From: an uncultured Mageeibacillus sp.
GTDB taxonomy: Bacteria > Bacillota > Clostridia > Saccharofermentanales > UBA5734
NCBI GenBank assembly: GCA_964499985.1
Contig: CAZCMX010000004.1
Location: 1 to 62,589 of the forward strand
DNA: 62,589 nt
Reading direction: 5' to 3'
A program made the position numbers and the translations under genes. Positions 57,127 through 62,589 of the stretch are shown one piece after another (within the stretch, counting starts at the first letter, position 1; each line of letters starts with the position of its first letter). The notes under the pieces were generated by a model. That model was not told the DNA's origin, made no database searches, and saw only the letters and a list, made by a program, of their open reading frames with translations.

Positions 57127-57813
57127 TCAGGCAAAGCGCGGGAACAGGACACTGTTTTCCTTGTGAATATGCAAGAAGATGTCTTCGGTCAAAGTCTGGA
57201 GCTTTTTATAGGTCACCACAAAGGTCGGGCAGGCATAATCGGGTGCCTGATAGCCATGGGTCAGGGCTTTGATCGACTTGAGGAGATCTCCGGCGGCATC
57301 ATGCTCTTTTTCGAGATCATCGATCAGCGCCTTGATCGCGGTCTTGTTCTCACCGGACAGGATGGCCGGGAACAAGACCCGTTCCTCGTCAGCGAAATGT
57401 TCTTCGAGGTCCATCTTGAGCAGGGCAAACTGGCGGTGCAGGTCCTTCAGGAGTCGTTCATCATGCTCGAAATGGACCACCAGGATCTTATTGATCAGTT
57501 CATCGAGGTCGTGCAGCAGCAAGCGCTCCGGTGCATGGTGCAGGTCGAGGATCAGCTGGATCAGGTCTTCGTTGGACAAGGTCGATGGATCGACGGGGTT
57601 GTCCGTGCGAGCCCTGTAATCAGCATAAGCCTGATTGAGTCCGGCTGTAAAGGTGTCAGCGTCCAGGTCCTTCTCGGCCAGTGCCGTTGCCAGTGGGCGC
57701 TGGCCCTGGCAGCAATAGTCGATGTCGAGCGAATTGAAGGTGCGGGTCGCCGGCGGGAATAGCGAAACGACGTCGCCGAGCAGCATGTCCGAAGTGATCA
57801 ATGTGTTTTTCAT
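57127..57813 (-). CDS. ric: iron-sulfur cluster repair di-iron protein (RIC; ScdA/YtfE family)
   Basis: ScdA_N-type LDIDYCCQG motif, then a hemerythrin-like domain (HH...EEHF.DEE..LFP...EH...H.HKEN.VLFPR). AGGAGG RBS. Confidence 0.85.
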   Translation of the reverse strand: MKNTLITSDMLLGDVVSLFPPATRTFNSLDIDYCCQGQRPLATALAEKDLDADTFTAGLNQAYADYRARTDNPVDPSTLSNEDLIQLILDLHHAPERLLLHDLDELINKILVVHFEHDERLLKDLHRQFALLKMDLEEHFADEERVLFPAILSGENKTAIKALIDDLEKEHDAAGDLLKSIKALTHGYQAPDYACPTFVVTYKKLQTLTEDIFLHIHKENSVLFPRFA

Positions 57814-57903
57814 GGTTTTCCTCCTGGATCATATCCATCAAGCACGATGGCTGTGTGATGTGGTTCATGATCCTAAGGATACCGGCCGGACGATGCAAAG
57901 TCT

Positions 57904-57917
57904 TTGATTCAAATCAC
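57904..57917 (-). promoter_or_regulatory. FNR/CRP-type palindrome upstream of ric
   Basis: Minus strand gTGAT-ttga-ATCAA (9/10 to TTGAT-N4-ATCAA). It also reads TGTGA-N6-TCAAA. The centre is about 97 nt upstream of the ric ATG. Confidence 0.45.
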
Positions 57918-57934
57918 ATTCTGGGCCAGCGGGC

Positions 57935-58627
57935 TCAGGCGGAATAATTCTGCAAGGCCTCGAGATCGAGGATTTCAATCTCCCGCGATTTGCCGAGCCG
58001 GATAATCCCCTCATCCTGCAGCTGGGCCAGCTTGCGGCTGACCGTTTCGCGAGTCAGACCGGTGAAATTGGCGATGTCTTCCCGCGATAGGCTCAGGTCA
58101 AACCGGGCTTTGCTGCCGCTTTTTTCAAACAGCTGCAAGAGCAGATGGGCCAGGCGCGGCAAACCTTCATGGGTTGCCAGGCTTTGGACCAGGCTGCGCA
58201 GATTCGTCAGCTTCCGGTTCATGGCCTGCATGATTTTAAATCCGATCAGTGGATTTTTCAGGATCAGCTCCCGCATCTGGTCCTGGGAAATCACACATAA
58301 GACTGTGGCCTCCTGGGCGACCGCTTCATGGCTATAGGCTGTATCCCCCATCAAGTCAAGTTCCCCGGAAAAATCACCGGTTTGCAGGATGTCCAGGTTC
58401 TGCTCCTTGCCTTCAATGGTCGTTTTGAACAGACGGATCGAACCCCGGGTCACGATCAAGAGCTTGTCGGCGCGGTCCCCCTCATGATAAACGACCTGAC
58501 CCTTGGCATAGGGGATATGCTGGATCAGGCGGATGATCTCAAGCTGTTCTTCAGGTGTCAGACCAGCGAAAATCGGCACCCTACCCGTACAGACATGATG
58601 CTCGCATTCCAGACAATGATTGGCCAT
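57935..58627 (-). CDS. Crp/Fnr-family transcriptional regulator with FNR-like cysteine cluster
   Basis: 230 aa with a cNMP-binding-like fold and C-terminal HTH (REDIANFTGLTRETVSRKL). Cys5, Cys8, Cys13 (HCLECEHHVC) plus Cys111. AGGAGG RBS. Confidence 0.8.
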   Translation of the reverse strand: MANHCLECEHHVCTGRVPIFAGLTPEEQLEIIRLIQHIPYAKGQVVYHEGDRADKLLIVTRGSIRLFKTTIEGKEQNLDILQTGDFSGELDLMGDTAYSHEAVAQEATVLCVISQDQMRELILKNPLIGFKIMQAMNRKLTNLRSLVQSLATHEGLPRLAHLLLQLFEKSGSKARFDLSLSREDIANFTGLTRETVSRKLAQLQDEGIIRLGKSREIEILDLEALQNYSA

Positions 58628-58672
58628 TCAAAAGCCCTCCTGGGAAAAAGATCTTTCATTTCATTTTAGCCA

Positions 58673-58701
58673 TTGACAGCTCATCTGAAAACCTTTACCA
58701 T
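58673..58701 (+). promoter_or_regulatory. putative promoter of the tcyP leader
   Basis: TTGACA (58673-78), 17 nt, TACCAT (58696-701). Confidence 0.4.
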
Positions 58702-58745
58702 TACCATTAATTCACATCTGAATACTTGGAATTAAAGGAGTTCTC

Positions 58746-58790
58746 ATGCTTCACCTCACAGCACAACAAGACAATACCTCGCGATGTTGA
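58746..58790 (+). CDS. candidate 14-codon upstream ORF (MLHLTAQQDNTSRC)
   Basis: ATG preceded by AAAGGAG at 5-nt spacing, which is stronger than the tcyP SD. Ends Cys-stop 60 nt before the tcyP ATG. No homology support possible. Confidence 0.2.
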   Translation: MLHLTAQQDNTSRC

Positions 58791-58849
58791 CCATTCAGGT
58801 CCCATTCGCCTGATTGTCACAGTTTACGAACACCATGAGAGAGGTTTCC

Positions 58850-60178
58850 ATGATTATTTTATCTGTCGTCCTGATTCTTTTCATTTTCACCCTTCTGGCC
58901 GCTTTTCTGGCCAGGCTGGCTAAAAAGCAGGTTGGTTTCACCACCCGGGTCACCATCGCCCTCGGTCTCGGCCTTGGATTCGGGGCAGTGATCCAGCTGC
59001 TGTTTGGCAGCGCCGGCGAAGTGACCGTGCTGGTCAAGGACTGGCTGTCCATTGTCGCCTATGGCTTTACCAAATTGCTCCAGTTCCTGATCGTCCCGCT
59101 CGTTCTGGTCTCGATCCTCGGCGCCATCAGCAAGGTCGAAGGCAGCGTAAGGGCAGCCCGGACTAGCATCAAGGTGATCGCCGTCCTGCTCGGCACCACC
59201 GCCCTCTCGGCGGTCATCGGTTTTCTGGTCGTGCCCCTGTTCAGGCTGGATGCCAGCACCCTGGTCAAAGCAGTGGAGAAAACCGACAAGGTGCCGACCG
59301 ATATCCCCACTTCCCTGCTCAATATCATTCCCAATAACCTGTTTGCAGCCCTGACAACGAATAATGCCCTGCCGATTGTCCTGATTGCCGTCCTGCTCGG
59401 TTTTGCCTTCCTGCTGATCAAGCGCGAGAATGCCGTCCTGGGCCAGCGCCTGGCCGACGGCGTCGATGCCGCCCGGACGGTCGTGATGACCGTCACCGAT
59501 CTGGTGATCAGCCTGACACCCTATGGCGTCCTGGCCCTGATCACCCGGGTGACGGCTGCCAATGATTTCAGAAGCGTCCTGACCTTGCTCCAATTCGTTC
59601 TGGCCACCTTCGTTGCCCTGATTGCCGTTTTCATCCTCCATCTGATCATCGTGGCATTTGCAGGCATCCCTCCCCTGGCCTATCTGAAAAAGGCTGCCGA
59701 TCCACTGCTCTTTGCCTTTACCTCCCGCAGCAGTGCCGCCACCTTGCCCCTGACGATCAAAACCCAGACGGATAAGCTCGGGGTCAGCCCGATCCATGCC
59801 GACCTGGCCGGCTCCTTTGCCACGACGATCGGCCAGAACGGTTGTGCCGGTGTCTACCCCGCGGTTGTCGCGACCCTCGTCGCCTCATCCCTGGGCATCA
59901 ATATCTGGAGCCTCTCCTTCATCCTGCCGCTCATCCTCTACATCACAGTCAGTTCGATCGGTATTGCCGGCGTGGGCGGCGGCGCGACCAATGCCACCAT
60001 CCTCGTGCTGTCCCTCCTGGGACTGCCGATCGAGCTGGTCGCCATCCTGGTCTCGGTCGAATTCCTGATCGACATGGGTCGTACCGCCCTCAATGTCAAT
60101 GATGCCATCGTCACCGGAGTCGTCGTTGCCAAATGGGAAAATGCGCTGGATCCCCAGGGCTTGCAGCAAGAAGCCTGA
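58850..60178 (+). CDS. tcyP: L-cystine/dicarboxylate:cation symporter (DAACS family, TcyP-like)
   Basis: FTSRSSAATLPLTI...GQNGCAGVYPA...IGIAGVGGGAT...LIDMGRTALNV is closely collinear with my memory of B. subtilis TcyP. GAGAGAGG lies 6 nt before ATG 58850. Confidence 0.8.
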   Translation: MIILSVVLILFIFTLLAAFLARLAKKQVGFTTRVTIALGLGLGFGAVIQLLFGSAGEVTVLVKDWLSIVAYGFTKLLQFLIVPLVLVSILGAISKVEGSVRAARTSIKVIAVLLGTTALSAVIGFLVVPLFRLDASTLVKAVEKTDKVPTDIPTSLLNIIPNNLFAALTTNNALPIVLIAVLLGFAFLLIKRENAVLGQRLADGVDAARTVVMTVTDLVISLTPYGVLALITRVTAANDFRSVLTLLQFVLATFVALIAVFILHLIIVAFAGIPPLAYLKKAADPLLFAFTSRSSAATLPLTIKTQTDKLGVSPIHADLAGSFATTIGQNGCAGVYPAVVATLVASSLGINIWSLSFILPLILYITVSSIGIAGVGGGATNATILVLSLLGLPIELVAILVSVEFLIDMGRTALNVNDAIVTGVVVAKWENALDPQGLQQEA

Positions 60179-60236
60179 GCCAAAGACGCCCACCTTGAAG
60201 CGTCGTCCATCCTTGTCCTGTCCATGAATGCTATGA

Positions 60237-60295
60237 AAAGACCCATCTGGTCTGGATGAACTGGTATCAGTTCAAGAACGGCCAGATGGGTCTTT
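60237..60295. terminator. bidirectional terminator between convergent tcyP and katG
   Basis: AAAGACCCATCTGG-31 nt (inner 7-bp hairpin TGAACTG/CAGTTCA)-CCAGATGGGTCTTT, a 14-bp outer stem with flanking A/T runs. Confidence 0.65.
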
Positions 60296-60337
60296 GTCGG
60301 TCTTTGAGCGACCCTGCGGAGTCAGGCAGATCCGGGC

Positions 60338-62533
<2,196 letters not shown>

Positions 62534-62554
62534 TCAAGCTTCCTTTTTTGCAAT

Positions 62555-62569
62555 TAATAATCATTACAA
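62555..62569 (-). promoter_or_regulatory. PerR/Fur-type box upstream of katG
   Basis: Minus strand TTGTAATGATTATTA versus PerR-box consensus TTATAATnATTATAA (2 mismatches), 25-39 nt upstream of the ATG. It overlaps the perfect palindrome ACAATTAATTGT (62566-62577). Confidence 0.45.
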
Positions 62570-62589
62570 TTAATTGTACCCCAAAACCA

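Noticed and set aside
57853-57869. Second CRP-like half-site TGTGA-tgtggt-TCATG between the FNR-like gene and ric.
   Set aside because: Only one arm matches. It sits at or after the predicted -10/TSS, so it is likely chance.
58726-58923. 65-aa track ORF (TTG start) spanning the tcyP leader and start.
   Set aside because: It has no RBS, overlaps the real tcyP start in another frame and gives an implausible peptide. The short ATG uORF in a different frame is the better-supported reading.

Overview
This is a GC-rich (by eye, not computed), tightly packed bacterial chromosomal segment with Firmicutes/Clostridia-style housekeeping synteny. I call 47 protein genes, about 70% on the minus strand. 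I saw no rRNA, tRNA, CRISPR array, transposase, integrase or phage gene. Gene order: glgP (5' part, runs off the left edge) | prepilin peptidase-CPBP protease-AI-2E permease | U32 peptidase-mltG-typA-der-DUF512 | rpmF-yceD | DUF1934-murI-ddl | small membrane protein-RluA-family synthase | proS | ackA-pta | anchored hypothetical | tmcAL-tyrS | rpsT | rnj | PocR/AraC regulator | rel-recJ | yqeY-rpsU | HIT-alaS | DUF1015-like + YYY/DUF2298 membrane protein | LysM/pseudo-PP2C | cca | RCC1-FN3 | DUF2207 | serA-serC | LCP | MATE | PAS-GGDEF-EAL-hemerythrin | flavodiiron-RIC-FNR-like | tcyP | katG. Three real genes are missing from the supplied ORF track: glgP because it is open-ended, and rpmF and rpsU because they are under 60 aa. 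Many track ORFs are too long at the 5' end and were trimmed using RBS and overlap logic. The many 200-675 aa ORFs antisense to real genes are shadow ORFs. Most of the window is ordinary core genome, and I found no convincing complete novel multi-gene system such as a defence island. Two patches look accessory. (i) 36.7-47.4 kb holds an operon of two unknown-function genes (DUF1015-like + YYY membrane protein) behind twin palindromic operators. It also holds a catalytically dead PP2C-TM-LysM protein and a membrane-anchored RCC1-FN3 propeller. (ii) 52.5-62.6 kb is a redox/NO-stress neighbourhood. It contains a PAS-GGDEF-EAL protein capped by a C-terminal hemerythrin, and a Cys-cluster FNR-type regulator with an FNR-type box upstream of a ric-flavodiiron operon. 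It also has a cystine importer preceded by a strong-SD 14-codon uORF, and katG behind a PerR/Fur-type box. All domain calls are by-eye motif recognition, not database searches.
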